64,000 nucleotides of DNA from Hydrolagus affinis (Eukaryota), in contig JAAILG010001457.1 of assembly GCA_012026655.1 (NCBI GenBank), forward strand, positions 1-64,000. Direction: 5' to 3'. Both the position numbers and the translations under genes were made by a program. Positions within the stretch are counted from its first letter, which is position 1. Every line of letters starts with the position of its first letter. The notes under the pieces are model-generated. The model was not told where the DNA came from. It did not search any database and saw only the letters and a list, made by a program, of their open reading frames with translations. Shown in pieces: positions 11,886 to 25,800 of this stretch.

Positions 11886-13034
11886 AATGTCTTTGTAAAG
11901 AATCAGCTTGGATAAATTGGGCTTTCTAAAATATATGATCTAAAATCTATTTTCTAAAAATGTGATGAATAATAATCCCAAATTAATTAATTTTAAGAAA
12001 TTCTAATCCATTCACTATTCATAAAATGATATAGCAAATTTTGCACTTTTTTCCTAACAGATTTCCTAATTTAGGATTTTCTGAGTAAACCATCTAAGGG
12101 TGGACTCCTTCTGATGACTGAACTTACATCACATGTTGCACATTGGCTCAAGGGAACTCCCATTTTAAAATTACATTGAGTTACATTGTGCCTGTGTGCC
12201 AGCAGCTCCGAACACAGGTCTCTAAATGAAGAAATACATCAAGAAATAACACACAAAATCAATACCGAATATTATGTCTAGTCCAAATGTTTTGAATCAA
12301 AATCACTAGATTAGTTTGGATAAAGATCATCGGTCCATGTGATCTCAAGTCATCATAATGAGCCACAATATAACTTCAGCCAAAGTCAAACACATTGCTA
12401 GGCGTGTTACCCAGTGGAGTCCATAAAAGGAGAAGGTGATAATTACAGGATAACATGTTCAATACGTTACCTTCATTTAATTCTCACCTAGTTCAGCACT
12501 GCCACTTCCTCTTCCAAACTATTCCCACAGAGCAAAACCTTGGAAATGAGTTAACATTCTCTGATGATGTTTGAAGTTTCCTTGCACAATATGTTAATTA
12601 AACATAATATTGTTGACTCTTACTTTTTCAAGTGATCCAACGTGAAGAAAAGTCACCTTCACTCTGTGATATCTCAGACTAACAAATTACTGTATACATA
12701 GTTCCAATTTAAAAAAATCTCATTTTTACTAATATGCTTCTGCATGTCTTCTGTTGTTGATTTACTTATTAGCAACACAAATGCTATCTATATGTATTCA
12801 CAAAATATTGCAGTGACAGCAATGCAAAGAGAAAGGACAATTTAGAATATAAAATTAAAATAATAAGAACTGCAAAATTTAAAAAATGTTGAAGTGTTCA
12901 TTTTGTGTCAGTGCTTATTTCAACATTTCTGTTTTGACAGCCTCCTGCCTCTGATAAAGTGAGCTGCAAATGTTGACATGAGAAGGGTCTCACAGATTTT
13001 CTCATTATCAGCTCATGCTTGGGATCCAAAGTGG

Positions 13035-13151
13035 AATATTTTACCCACACAATATACTGTTAATTCACTTTGCAGCATATTCTGTGAAGCACTTTAAGAC
13101 GTCTTGAAGATGTGATAATGCGCTATATCAAATGCAAGGTTTATTATTATT
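13035..13151 (+). mobile_element. SINE 3' tail
   Basis: aattcacttt..catattctgtgaagcacttt...atatcaaatgcaagg(TTA)n. Confidence 0.8.
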
Positions 13152-13254
13152 TGAAAACAAAGTTAAAGAATGGTGACCAAAACCCTGATAGCAAATAGAT
13201 ATTGTTTTACTTGCTGGCTATTTTTCAGATTTGGTCAAATTGTAGTTCATGTTC

Positions 13255-13859
13255 ATAGAGTACAAAAGTCAGGAAGTTCTGACTAAACTCTATAAAACTT
13301 TGGTTAAACCTCAGCTAGAGTAGTGTGTACAATTCTGGTCACCACACTTTAGGAAGGATATTAAGACATTGGAAAGGGTGCGGAAGAGATTTACTAGGAT
13401 GGAACCAGGAATGAGGGAATTCAGCTATGAGGAAAGTCTGGAGAGACTAGGTTTATTCTCATTGGAACAGAGAAGTTTGCAAGGAGACCTAAACAAGGTT
13501 TTTAAGATTATGAGGGAATTCGACAGAGTAGATAGGGAAAAACTGTTTTCACTGGTGGGCGTATCAATGACTCGTGGTCACAGATTTAAAATAGTTTCAA
13601 AAAGAAGCAGAGGGGAGGTGAGGAGAATTTTTTTCACTCAGTAAATTGTAATCTAGATTGCATTGCCTGAAAAGGTGGTGGAGGCTAATTTGATAACAAC
13701 TTTTAAAAGAGAGGTAGACATTTATTTTGGGAGTACGGGTTTGCGAGGTTATGGGGAGAGAGCTAGGGAGTGGGATTAAATTGCTCTTTTCAAAGATCTG
13801 GCACAGACTTGATGGGCTGAATGGCCTCCTTTTGTGCCGTAAGATTCTATGATTCTATG
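13255..13859 (+). mobile_element. CR1 LINE 3' fragment (ORF2 C-terminus and 3' UTR)
   Basis: LYKTLVKPQLE*CVQFWSPH; ERVRKRFTRM..G....SYEE.LERLGLFSLEQRSL.GDL...FKIM; TRGH; (ATTCTATG)2 tail. Confidence 0.95.
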
Positions 13860-14904
13860 TTTGCTACCTGGTGATTGTTATGCGAATTTTGAGTTTCACT
13901 TTCTCAAATTGGAAGTAACAATCCACAACTCGAATCCAGTTTGCTAATGTTACACTTTAAACCTCAGTGTCAAGGTCAGTATATTTATCCAAAAAACAGC
14001 AGAGAACATGAGTGCGAACAGGGCCAAGGTTGGTTATATTACCAGCTACAGGAGAAGAAATCAACAGGAGGCTTCTCAATTTAATACCCAGCTCTCTCAG
14101 TGCACAGCCTGGTTCTCTCCACAGCACCAAATTTGGATGGAATGCCGGTATCAGCTGGAGGTGTAAATACTGTTTATTAAGAAAGCCATTAGCAGAGAAT
14201 GCAGCAGGATATCTGGCATTTTGAAACCTTGTTTATAATTTTAACTTTTTTTTAACTTCTAAATAAGATTGGAAAATTAAATTGTACAGTTAAAACTGCA
14301 TTGGCTATTTAACAGCACATAGGGAAACATTAATAGAATTTACTGACAGAGACTGGTTAGTGCTGAGCATCTAGCGAGGAATTTGTAATACAAAACACAT
14401 GGAATAAAGTCTGTTTCCCCTATGGGTTGCTTTGCTGTATTTCAGGTATTACTAAGAACTGAGAACTACAATAGACTAAAAGCAAAATGATTCATATTGT
14501 TTTACATCTTCAGATCACTGTAAAACAGTCATTGTAAATGATTAAGTAAAACATATCGGACCAAATGAAAAGATTTTAAACAAAATTACCAGTAATTTCA
14601 AAGATAGTTTCAGCCACAAGTGTTGTCTTTGTGGGTTCCATGCCTATGTTGGGTCTTTAGGCTCCCAGTGCAGGCTAACATGCAGGTGTCATCCTTCAGA
14701 GAATGTCAATAGAAGTGCATGCTGAAGATTCCATGGCACTATTTGTAAGGAGAATGGAGGTTCTCCCAGTATCCCGGTGAGCTATTATAATTCATTTCAG
14801 AGCTGCTTTTGGAAAACTGTTGCATGCAAATTAACTGTTATTTGATCTATAAATAAACAATCACTACAATTTACAAAAACCACTGTAAAGTCTTGAGACA
14901 TATT

Positions 14905-15217
14905 AATAGTAATAATAATCTTTGGATTTGATATAGCACTTTTCACATCTTCTAGATGTCTCAAAAATGCTTCTTCACAGAATATATTAAAGTGAATTGA
15001 CTGTATATTTTTGGGGTGAAACGCAGCAGCCAAAAGTGCACAGCAGTGCCCCACCAACAGTCATAGATTGAAATGACTAATTTATTATTGTTTTTTACCA
15101 AGAGATTATTATTGGGCATGTGGAGTAACAAACTTACCCAAAGTTTCGCCCCACCTTGGTTTAAACCAATGTCTCACTTGCAAGGCGATTGCTCTAACCA
15201 TTAAGCTACAGGACTCC
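14905..15217 (-). mobile_element. full-length tRNA-derived SINE
   Basis: reverse complement begins GGAGTCCTGTAGCTTAATGGTTAGAGC (A box) and ends in (TTA)n. Confidence 0.9.
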
Positions 15218-15254
15218 ACAAACACAAATATTAACGTGACACATTAACATGACT

Positions 15255-15650
15255 CACCATTAAAGCCCTCCGTGGTCTTGCCTCACCTTACCTCTGTGAC
15301 CTCCTAATCCCCTTTCAACCTGTCTGCTCCCTCTGCTCAAGGGGCTCCAGGCTGCTCCATGCCCACCACCCCACCAATGGTGGGTGAGCCTTCAGCCCTC
15401 TGCCTCAAAGTTTTGGAATTACATCTAGCATTACCTCCACCTTGCCTCCTCCATAGCCTCCTTCAAGTCCCACACCAAGACCCTCCTTTTCAAGCATGCC
15501 ATCGGTTATCCCACTTCCCTGCCTTTCCCCTCGACCCTACCCGATCCTGACCCCAGCTCGGGTCTGAAAGCACTGACTGTCCAACGCCTTGAGACATCCA
15601 CTCGAGGTGAAAGATGCTATACAAATGTAATTTTGTTGTTCTTGTTGTTG
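15255..15650 (+). mobile_element. L2 3' fragment
   Basis: KALRGLASPYL motif, 3' UTR, (TTG)n. Confidence 0.85.
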
Positions 15651-16221
15651 GCAAAGTTATTTAATATTATTAAATTCAAGATTTTTACTATATGTAAATA
15701 AATTACATTGCAACAATGAAAATATAATTTTTAAATACTGTACTGTGCAATGTAAATTTAGTAATTTGTAACGCATCACAGATTTATTTTCAATTGGTTG
15801 TTCTAACCATTACTAGTGTAAGATCCCAGTGTATGTACTTTCACATTTGACTACACCTCTGGACTTAGTCTTCGCTGGTACAAAATCAATAAATGTGATA
15901 GATATTTACTTAGTGGAACTCATTCCTATGATAACAACTGCACCATGGACAGATTGTTATTGAAGAAATTGTATTGAAATAAAGCCAGGTGACAAACAGA
16001 TAAACCTGAAACAACTTAAATGCCTAGTGTCATCAGTTGCTTTACAAGGTTTCCCTTCAGGCGACTCTCAGTATCTTCTTCTGAAATAAGTACAGTATAT
16101 CACATATATGTACTTGATAACTGAATGTAGGGTTACTCACATCATTGTAAACCTATATGCATTTAGTATTTAATGAGCTTGCTCAAAACTTTCAATTAAC
16201 ATTGAAATTCATCATGATTTT

Positions 16222-16345
16222 CATAGAATGACAGGATTGTAGAATTATACGACATGGAAGGAGGCCATTCAGCCCATCGTTTCTGTGCTGGATCTTTCAA
16301 AAGAACTATCCAAATCAATCCCTCTACCCTGCTCTCTCCTCTGTC
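16222..16345 (-). mobile_element. CR1 3' end
   Basis: catagaat...ggaggccattcagccca. Confidence 0.75.
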
Positions 16346-16491
16346 TTCCCCAAATAATTATCTAGTTTATATAATAATATTAACCCTTGCATTTAACAAA
16401 GGGTTTTTCACAACAGGTAGATATCTCAAAGATCTTTACAGGGTTCTGCTGTGATGTTGCTGTGTGAATATAGCATCAAATTTGCAAACAA

Positions 16492-17474
16492 CAACAACAA
16501 AATTGCACTTTTATTGCGCCTTTCATGTCGCGAGGACGTCCCAAACCACTGAACAGTCAGGTCGTGACCCAAGCAGGGTAGGGGTGGGGGGGCGGTGGGA
16601 GGGTCGGGGTAGAGGGAAGGAGAGTGGGAGAGGGGGAAAAGTGGTGGGGCAGCCAAAGGTGTGGTCGAAGAGGAAAGTCTTGAGACCTGCCTTGAAGGAG
16701 GAAAAGGAGGAAGCAAGATGGAGGGACTGCAGGATGGAGTTCCACGGTGTGGGAGCAGAGCGGCTGAAAGCTCGGCCGCCGATTGTTGCGCGGTTAGGGC
16801 GGTGGACGCAGAGCAGGCCTGATTCTGCTGAACGGAGGGGACGGTGGCCTGATAGGGAGACAGCAGGTCAGAGAGATAGGCGGGGGCAAGGCCGTGAATG
16901 GCCTTGAAAGTGAGAACAAGGATCTTGAATTCGATCCTCTGGGTGACAGGGTGCCATTGGAGATGGACGAGGGTGGGAATGATGCGGTCGCGAAGCCTGG
17001 TGCGGGAGAGTACAGGCCAATGAGGAGAGAGTTCACATAGTCAAGCCTGGAAGTGATAAAGGCATGGATGAGAGTTTTGGCGGCGTGGTGGGTGAGGTAG
17101 CGGCGGAGTCTGGCAATATTATGGAGATGATCGAAGGCTGTGCCGGTCATGGAGTGAATATGGGGAGGAAGGATAATCCGGGGTCAACAATACGCCCAGA
17201 TTCCTGATTGGCTTCGAGAGGTGGAGAGAGCAGCCTTGAACGCTGATGTTGTCAGCGCCTGAGATGCGGAGGCGCTGACGTGAGCCAATCAGGAGGGCTT
17301 CTGTCTTGTTGACATTGAGTTGTAGGAAATTTGCCCTCATCCAGGACTCAATGTTGGACAGGCATGCAGTCAGAATGCCAGTGGTCCTGGAATCGAGGTT
17401 GACAAGGATAAGTAAAGTTGGGTGTCGTCCGCATACATGTGGAAATTTATCCCATGTCTACGGATGATGTCGCC
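16492..17474 (-). mobile_element. relatively young 5'-truncated L2 inserted in a Deu-type SINE
   Basis: [43 protein letters not shown]; CpG-rich; CAAACAA at 16485-16491 and 17475-17481; host SINE sequence spans ~16370-17680. Confidence 0.93.
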
Positions 17475-18629
17475 CAAACAAAAGTGTCCCACAAATAACT
17501 ATGAAGTGACTGATCAATTTGGGGAAACTGCATTCTCTTTCGAAGAATCTTTGAAGTCCGCATGAACTGGCAGACCGCACCTCACTTTCACATTTTATCC
17601 ACAGGATAGTATCTACAACAATGTAGCATACCTTCAGCACTGATTTCGAGTTTCAGCCTAGACTGTCAGTGCACCATTTCTGGACGAAACGTAGAGTAGT
17701 ATCTAAAATTAGATATTCAAATTGTAAAGGATTATGTTACACAATGCTTCAATGAAAGGTGCTAGAGTTACTTGACTTAATGTTCAATAATATAGCATTA
17801 AGCCTTGGATCCTGACATAGATCTTTTAGATATTGAAATTATTTTTTCTAAAAAAAATATATTTTTTCAGTTACTTTTTTTGGAAAAGTGGGAAGAATAA
17901 TGACAGATTGTTTTTCAATATATGTTTCTTATATAGAGATCCATTTCTTAAAGGAGATTCAATAAATGGGGAATACTATCTGATGGATCACATTGCATAT
18001 AGTACTTAGAAGAATCAGACTTGTTGGGTCAAGTTTCCTTGTCTCATTCTATAGTTTCCAGAATTGCAGAGGAAATAAACACATGAGCAGGAGACAAAAA
18101 ATCTGACTAAATGGTAGGAGATATGTCTCTCTATGTACTTAGCAATCCATTTCATACAAATTTACACATTTTAGAAGTGAAAGGTTGACTGGACCTGGTG
18201 GCTATTTCAAACTATATATTCATAACATAAATGCAAGTACATACTACTGAACTTTCAGTGTTACATAGAAAATTGTATAATATAAGGAATAGAAGATCCA
18301 AAGAATATGAATAAAAACCCTTAGGAAATGGTTATTAGTGTTTCTTACTGAGAACAGATATTAATTAAGTGATGATTTAAGTGAGAGGGAATATACCAGT
18401 CTAGGGGAGTACATGGAAGCTAAGTTAAACTATTTAGCTGAGTGGCATTGGATACAGAGATGTCGCGATTGATTAATTGTAATTCTGAACAAAATATAAT
18501 GGTATTTGAAAAACAGTAATAGAGCAAACACTATGTACAGTTAAATTGTACAGTTTTAATGGGCTCCACTGAGTGAGCTGGTTATCGTTTTAAAAGTCTC
18601 AGTAGGAGCAGATACACTGGTAGCTAAGA

Positions 18630-18897
18630 TAATAATTTTTGCATTCTATATAGTGCTTTTCACATCTTTTAGACATCTCAGAAAGTTTCACAGAATATAC
18701 AGTGAAGTGAATTGACTGTAGATTTGTGAGTGAAACGCGGCAGCCAATTGCATACAGCAGTATCCCACAAACAGTTGCAGATTGAAATGACCAATTTTTG
18801 TTTTTTCTTTACAGATGATTGTTAGGCATGTGGACTAAGGAAAGTTACCCAAGGTTTTCTTCTGCAGGGACTCAAGCCCAGGTCTCTCACTTGCAGC
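18630..18897 (-). mobile_element. tRNA-derived SINE
   Basis: matches 59419-59740, lacking the extreme 5' end. Confidence 0.85.
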
Positions 18898-18961
18898 ACA
18901 CTGTTTGTGGCACACTGCTGCGCACAATTGGCTACTGTGTTTTGCGACAAATTCACTTTAT

Positions 18962-19218
18962 CAACAACAACAAAATTACATTTATAGAGTGCCTTTCAGG
19001 TCCCAAGGCGCTGAACAGCTAGGTCGGGACCCGAGCACGGGGGATTAGTTTGGGATAGGGGCAGAGAGAAGGAGAGTAGGAAGGGGGGAGAGTTAGGAGG
19101 GGAGCAGAAGGCACGGTTGGTCTTGAAGGAGGAAAGGGAGGAAGCAAGGCAAAAGGATTGCAAGATGGAGTTCCAGAGTGTGGGGGCAGAGAGGCTGAAA
19201 GCCCAAACACCGATGGTA
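18962..19218 (-). mobile_element. L2 3' fragment nested in a plus-strand SINE tail
   Basis: (AAC)n plus L2 UTR; SINE sequence at ~18900-18960 resumes at ~19220-19268. Confidence 0.75.
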
Positions 19219-19574
19219 TCAAAGACGTGATAAGTAACTATATATCAAATGCAAGGATTACTATTGTTCTTATATACTCCTTAACTTGTTTATTTGTGGT
19301 GGGTTACAGTTTTAACAGTTTAGCCCAGGACATTTCCAACTTTAACAAGTTAACCACTGGCTGCTTGAGGTCTATAAGCCATAAATAGGGACTGAATCTA
19401 AATACTAAGTAATAGTGATCCTTTTGATATCGCATCTGTAATATTTAGTTGTTCCACTATACCTCATAAGGAATTGCTGTCAAGTATAGTGTATTTTTTG
19501 GACATACAAAATTGCACACAATGTATTACACCATTGCTTAAACACTCTTAAACTAACCAATTTATCAGGAGAAT

Positions 19575-19815
19575 TCTGGGTCTGGACAATGTCCCTTCTC
19601 TTTACAAAACAATCATGGAATGTTTCACATTACCTGAACATAAAGATTGGATCTTGATTCATTCATCTAATTCTAAACCAACTCCAACAATACATGTTCA
19701 CCACGGATATCACCACAGTGTCAGTCTGGACTGTGAAGTCATGATGTCTTTAATGATGTGGAGCTTGAACTCACAACCTTTTGATCCAAATGCAAGGGTG
19801 TTGTGAACTGAGTCA
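19575..19815 (-). mobile_element. decayed Deu-domain SINE
   Basis: cttgaactcacaacctt...aactgagtca head remnant and Deu-like body. Confidence 0.5.
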
Positions 19816-20279
19816 GGTTAACACAAGTTCCCATCATTTCATGAAAGATCTGTGTAATGTCAAATCATTACTTGCCTCTTTGTGAATTCAGCTGCTCCAT
19901 CTGATATCTGACCTCTTCAATACAATCTTTGTTTTTATGAGGGTGGAATGATAATTATTAGATGATAAGTATATAGTGTTTCAGGACATTGCCATGAAAT
20001 TACATAGTCAGAGCAGTTATTTGGTTAATATAGAATGTGGAGATATGTGATGGTGTTTACCCATCATAATTAAAAAGAAAAAAAAAATCAATGCTTTATA
20101 GTTCCTTATCATTTCAAGGTGTTTCACAAATAAGCAATTCTTGTGAAGTGAAGCAATTCTTTTGGAAGGACAACAAAGCAGCCATTTTGCAAACAGGAAG
20201 ATTCCAACAACTTCCAAATGTATGCAGATGACATACAAATCTACTTTGGGTTCACCAGCAGGAACCCCAGGTCCACTAA

Positions 20280-20950
20280 TATTCTTTCAACTTGTCTGGC
20301 AGGCATCAAGCCCAGAATGAGTATAAACTTCCTGCAGATGAATGTGGACAAGATGCAATCCATACTCCCTGACTCCTGTTAATGTCTTCACTTCTATGGT
20401 TCTAAACTCTTCAAACACCTGGGCTCTCCTTTACACCCACTGATCAAGTGCAGAATAAAAGCATCCAGTTCGACCCCCAGCTATCCTTCCTCCCCCACAT
20501 CCAGTCCATGACCAGGGCCACTTTCTTCCACTTCCGCCACATTACCCACCTCTGACTGTACCTTACTCCAAATGCAGCCTAAACCTTTGTGCATGCATGC
20601 CACCTCCCAACTGTACTCAAAATCACTCCTTGCTGGTCACCCCAGCTACACTATTGAATAGATCTAGCTCACTCAGTATTATGCCACCCATGTACTTACC
20701 CAGACCAAACTCCATACCCATATCTCACCAATTGCGGAAGTCTGGAAAACTCTCCCTCAGTTCCCTCCACCTTGCTCTCTGTTGCCCTTTTTTCTAGTCC
20801 TGCTGGACAACCTTCCTCTTTCACTGTGTTAATGGCCACCTCCCCCTCCCTCCACCTTGGAGTCACGACCACCACTGTTAAGTGCTCTGAGATGCTACCC
20901 TGTGTGAGGATTCTACATAAGTGAAAGTTGTTGTTGTTGCTGTGTTGTTC
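20280..20950 (+). mobile_element. L2 fragment with internal deletions
   Basis: aacttcctgcagatgaatgtggacaag (NFLQMNVDK), FDPQLSF motif, (TTG)n tail. Confidence 0.8.
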
Positions 20951-21809
20951 CACAACTGATGAGTATGTTGAGAAAACAGTAAAGTTCTGACATATCTATT
21001 AACTTTTGGGTCCAAATTATAATCTCTCCATTTCACATTTTCAAATCAAATGTGCAAGCTACTATAGGTATGAAACAGAAGAATTATTATCATATATTTT
21101 GTATCTGTTATAAAATATGAGATAGAAACATCAGAATTTTCTACCCTAAGGGGGACTATTCAGTCTATTGTTACTGTGTTGTTCCATTCTATTTATCTAA
21201 ATTGTTTTTTTAACTCCTACTTACCAAATCTATTCCATATCTCTCAATGTTATAACTTGAGTTGGAAAATTAATTTTATTGACCTGCTGTGGTATGTTAT
21301 ATATTTAACATAAAGTGTTTGCTGGGAAGATTAAACTCCTTTTTTAAGGCTTGAATATTTGTGTTTGAATAACCTTTCTATACATCTCACTGCATCATTT
21401 CTACAGTATGTATCTGATAAGTCATCTAGATACAGTTGACATCGATTTTCTTGGCTTGTAATATTGAAGATTTCCACATATTGAGTTTGAAAACAAGCAT
21501 GGCAGCAAAAGTAGTACGAATGTCAAAAAAAGGGGTTTCAAGCTATCAAATCTGCATTGTATTTGGAACCCTTGAGCATCACACTGGCCCAAGAGTAGTG
21601 AGGCGAGATCTTATTGAAATAGATTTCTCATTCATTAGTGAATTGCACATGGGGTTGCCAGCAAGAGATGTACATTAAGTAGTGACGGACTTTTATTAGC
21701 ATCAGTGTTCGTCATGCTAACATTATACTGGACAGTGCTCAGGATATAAGAACATAGATAGTGGATATTTATTTTACCTGTGCACCTCTTGCTGGATGTT
21801 ATTAGTTGT

Positions 21810-21950
21810 TACTACTGAATGCTGCATTATTGGAGGTATTATCTGTTGGATGAGACCTTAAACCTAGATTGTGTCTGCCTATTCAGGTGGATGTTAAAAA
21901 TCCTATGCCACGATTCAAAATGTGTTGGGAGTTTATCTCAGAATCCTTTC
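21810..21950 (+). mobile_element. Deu-domain SINE fragment
   Basis: ttggatgagaccttaaacc...ttcaggtggatgttaaaaatcc. Confidence 0.65.
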
Positions 21951-23214
21951 ATAAACTGAGAAAGTCATCATCTCTGACATAACATAATCCTTGGTGGTAA
22001 ATTGTTTGAGGTGTACCTCTATACTAATTAATACCAAACAATAATCAAGACCTTGACAAAACAACATGCTACAAATGGATTTAATTCACTTAATATTTAC
22101 ATAATAAAGGAAATTAACAGATACCAATTAATGAGGTAAAACAGCATATAGTTGGGCTTAATCTTGGGTCAGAAAAATCAAAGATTTTTTGTTACATAGA
22201 TTGAGTTTTCCATAGAAAGAAAAATAGGGATCTATTGGCCCTGTACAATCCATTCTTTGCAAAAGACCGACCCACTGGGTCACATCCTTCAAGTATTGAC
22301 TAGTTAGTTGAAAGCATTGACCTTTGTTTTCTACTAGTTCCTTGAGAATATTCTCTTCAAACCCCTATCATCCTCTATTCTCCCTATTCATCATTGATTG
22401 TCAAACAGTTCCACATTGCTTTATTTGGCATTGATAGCAGGGGCTATACAGTACTATAGATCAATGGTCTTATTTCATTCTCTATTGGATCATGACCATT
22501 GGGATAGATCTGATACGGTAGACCATTGCGCACATATATGTGGAACAGTCAGTTTATTAAATATTGTAAGGTCATGAATTAAACATAAGTCAATTTGTAC
22601 AGAGCTACCCCTCAAACAATTTACCATCAACAATAACAACAATAAAATCATATTTGTATAGGCCTTTCAAGAAAGCTGCTGCATAGCATCTTATAGGTTT
22701 AGCATGCTCTGTTCTTGTATCAGATTTAAACTATCATTCTTCTACTTCCTTCTTAATGAAGAATCTGTTTCAAAGAAGTAATTTTGGCACACCATCTACA
22801 GGTTTTTAACTCCATTTCAGAAGATATTTCATTTTAATTCATCTTTAGCTAGCCTTCTGCCCCTTCAGTTTCATAATATGAAGACGTATTGTAAGTCTTT
22901 TGCTTTAGGACCTACGCAGGTTATGTTTTCAATTTTGTCAAGTGCGCTGTCATCTTATATTTCAAATTAGAACTCTAGGGTAACATTCTAATATTAGACA
23001 TTTTAATAATAAAGCAATAACAATTTCAAGCTGTGACTGTAATAGGCAATTATGTATATTATGTAAGTGGCCTTGAAACCTACTAAATTCCATACGATGA
23101 GGCCTGAGGCCGATTTAAACTAACGTTACATCCCACTTGACTGCATTGCCAAGCATTACCAACCAACCCATATTTTTTTTAAAAAGCTGTACCCAGACAT
23201 TTGACACTGAAAAG

Positions 23215-23620
23215 TTACGTTGGAGAAGACAACAATTAGGGGAGATATTTTTAAAGTGTTCAAAATCCTGAAGGGCGTAAACAAGCAGGACTTTGATAAT
23301 ATGGTTAAAATCACATATAAAAATCTGGTACAAGTTGATACACTCACACTCAGAATAAAAAAACTTTTACAGGAGAGAAGTAAATTTGTGGAATGGAATA
23401 CTTTGGAATGAAGTTATAGCAGATGGTGCCAACAAATTCAAAAGGATTTTAGATAGTTATTTGTACTAGTACCCAGGTCACAATGCATTACAGAATAATC
23501 TTGTTCCTACTCATATAGAACAATACAAATTCATTGTAACATCAGTGATCAGATGGAGACTTTCAATCTACTATTGGAAAAGGCTTGTTGGGCTGAATGG
23601 CCTCATGTTTCTGATTTCCT
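23215..23620 (+). mobile_element. old CR1 3' fragment
   Basis: RGDIFKVFKILKG motif; gggctgaatggcctc. Confidence 0.7.
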
Positions 23621-24289
23621 TTGTGCCTACAAGGGAAAGTCACGTTAACTAACATGTTTGATGTGTTTTACACCCAAATAACTTGAATGAAAATTATGTT
23701 AAAATGTTTACCTTCAGAAAATATTAGCAAGACAAAACTACCTTCTTTATTCTGAAAGAAATATCCTTCATTGTAAGTTAAAATAATGAATTCTGCAACC
23801 AATCTACAGAAAAAAAAATCAGGTTTGACACACTAACAACTTTACAACAATGGGATATGTTTTTGAGACCAACCTTTCGAAGTGCACAGCATCCAGTAGC
23901 ATAATTTGTCAACACCCCAGGGGAGTAGATATGGTGACAGGAATTATCTTGTCATTGCAGCTCGGGGGTTAATAGTTTGGCATCCTCATTTAAACACTTA
24001 CCCATGTTATTATACAGTAAAAAAAACTTGCAATTCTGATCTGCATAAATTGTATAATCATCTAATACATAGATAGTCCAGATTAAATTTAATTAACTAT
24101 TAAATCCACTTAAATTTATCTGCACTACTCGTATTTACAATTGCGCTACTCATAACCCACTACCATACATGCTAACTCTCTTGCTGCTATCACACTTGTG
24201 GCTACAAAACTTACTCTATGCAATTCAAAACTTCATCAAATGGTGAGGGAGGGGGAGAAGAATATCACGTGGCATTCTTCATCACAAAC

Positions 24290-24797
24290 ACACACTAACT
24301 GGGCTTCAGGCCTTTGACAGCATAAACCATTCAATCCTACTCCACTGCCTCTCTTCAAACCTCAACCTTCAAGGTTCCGTCCTTGATTAGTTCTATCTTT
24401 CAAACCGTCTTCACTTTGTCACTGTCAACAGTTTTTCTTCCAGTGCCTCATGCAATGTTCCTCAGGACTCGATCCTCTGTCCCCTCCTCTTCATTCTCTG
24501 CATGCTCTACATCGGTGGCTGAGCTTTCAGATTCTCTTCCCCACACTCTGGATCTCAATCCCACAGTCCCTCTGCCTCATTTCTTCCCTTTCCTCCTTCG
24601 AGACCAGTCTCAAGACCCTCCTTTTCAACCATACCTTCAGCTGCCCTCCCAACTCTTTGCCTCCCCTCACTACTTCCCCGCCCTCCACTCCCCCACACAC
24701 CTCCCCCTCATGCTTGAGTTCTGAACCCTGACAGTTCAGCGTCTTCGGATGTCTTCCAGACATGAAAGGCGCTCTAGAAATGTAATTTTGTTGTTGT
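24290..24797 (+). mobile_element. L2 fragment (RT piece fused to 3' end)
   Basis: gcctttgacagcataaaccat (AFDSINH) and gttcctcaggactcgatcctctgtcccctcctcttc (VPQDSILCPLLF) followed directly by 3' UTR and tail. Confidence 0.8.
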
Positions 24798-25019
24798 GCA
24801 GTGCTCCGTGTGAGATGACCACGGGAACCTAAGTCCCGACCTGTCATGTGTACTTACTTGCTACAATGATCCACCTAATTACATCAGTTTGCTCCTCATT
24901 TGGTTAACCACCACTTGGCACACAAAATGTGTGTCCAAGTTAGGTAAAGGGGTAGAAGAACAGTTGAGAATCCAAAATATAGAGCCAAGGTTTTTCAGGC
25001 GGGTTTCAATCAATGCTGA

Positions 25020-25800
25020 AATGAGTAGAAACGTTGAAGAAATAACGATCAGGTGATGCCAAGCTTGGGTTTTAAAAGCCTTTCAATTTTAGGAAGAATG
25101 CAAGCAGCTTCAAGGATACTAGGAAAGATTATTTGGAAGAAGAGACATTATTTTGATCTGATTTCAAATTAACAAAAGTAGGATAAGAACACGGGGTAGT
25201 GCAATAGAATTTGGGGGAAGCAAAATTGATAGATTATATGACAGTGAGCCATTATCGTATTGAGAAAGGCAAGAATTATTGTGAATTACAGAGATAAAAT
25301 TGTAGTTGAGAGGTGCTTGAATCATTAGTTATTAATCTTGTCTCTTGTTCATTCTGTGAAAGAGCATTGGAAGGGCTTTTCCAGATTCCAACATAGCATT
25401 GGAGTCCAGGATAGTGTTGTGTAGTGGAAGAAAAGTGTTTTGGCAAAAAAGAGTTTATTAGAAACAGCTTTAACAATATACAAGAAATGAATAAATGGCA
25501 GAACATAAAACGTAGTATGCATTCAGAGATTGATAGTTTAACCTTCAGTCTTGGAGGACTGCCTTCAAAATTGCCAAAATTCAGTCCAGAAAAAAGTAAT
25601 CTGAATTGAGTCAATCAATCTTTCACAATGGATCCAATGGTTATTTGGCACTTCAATATAGTTTTTATTGCGCATAGAAATATCACCAAAAATGGAATAA
25701 CAATTTAAAAGAAGATGAATTTGTGATGGAAATGAATGTGAGATATTATGGATTTTAACACCTGATCTATCAACTGGGTAGGGATAAAGTGTAACAATTA
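25020..25800 (+). mobile_element. ancient Ty3/Gypsy pol (integrase) relic
   Basis: collinear decayed motifs CSFC, IPT*HW, FGKKEFI, NKW, FS.GGLP, FHNGSNG, HRNIT; DAKLGF* upstream. Confidence 0.5.
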
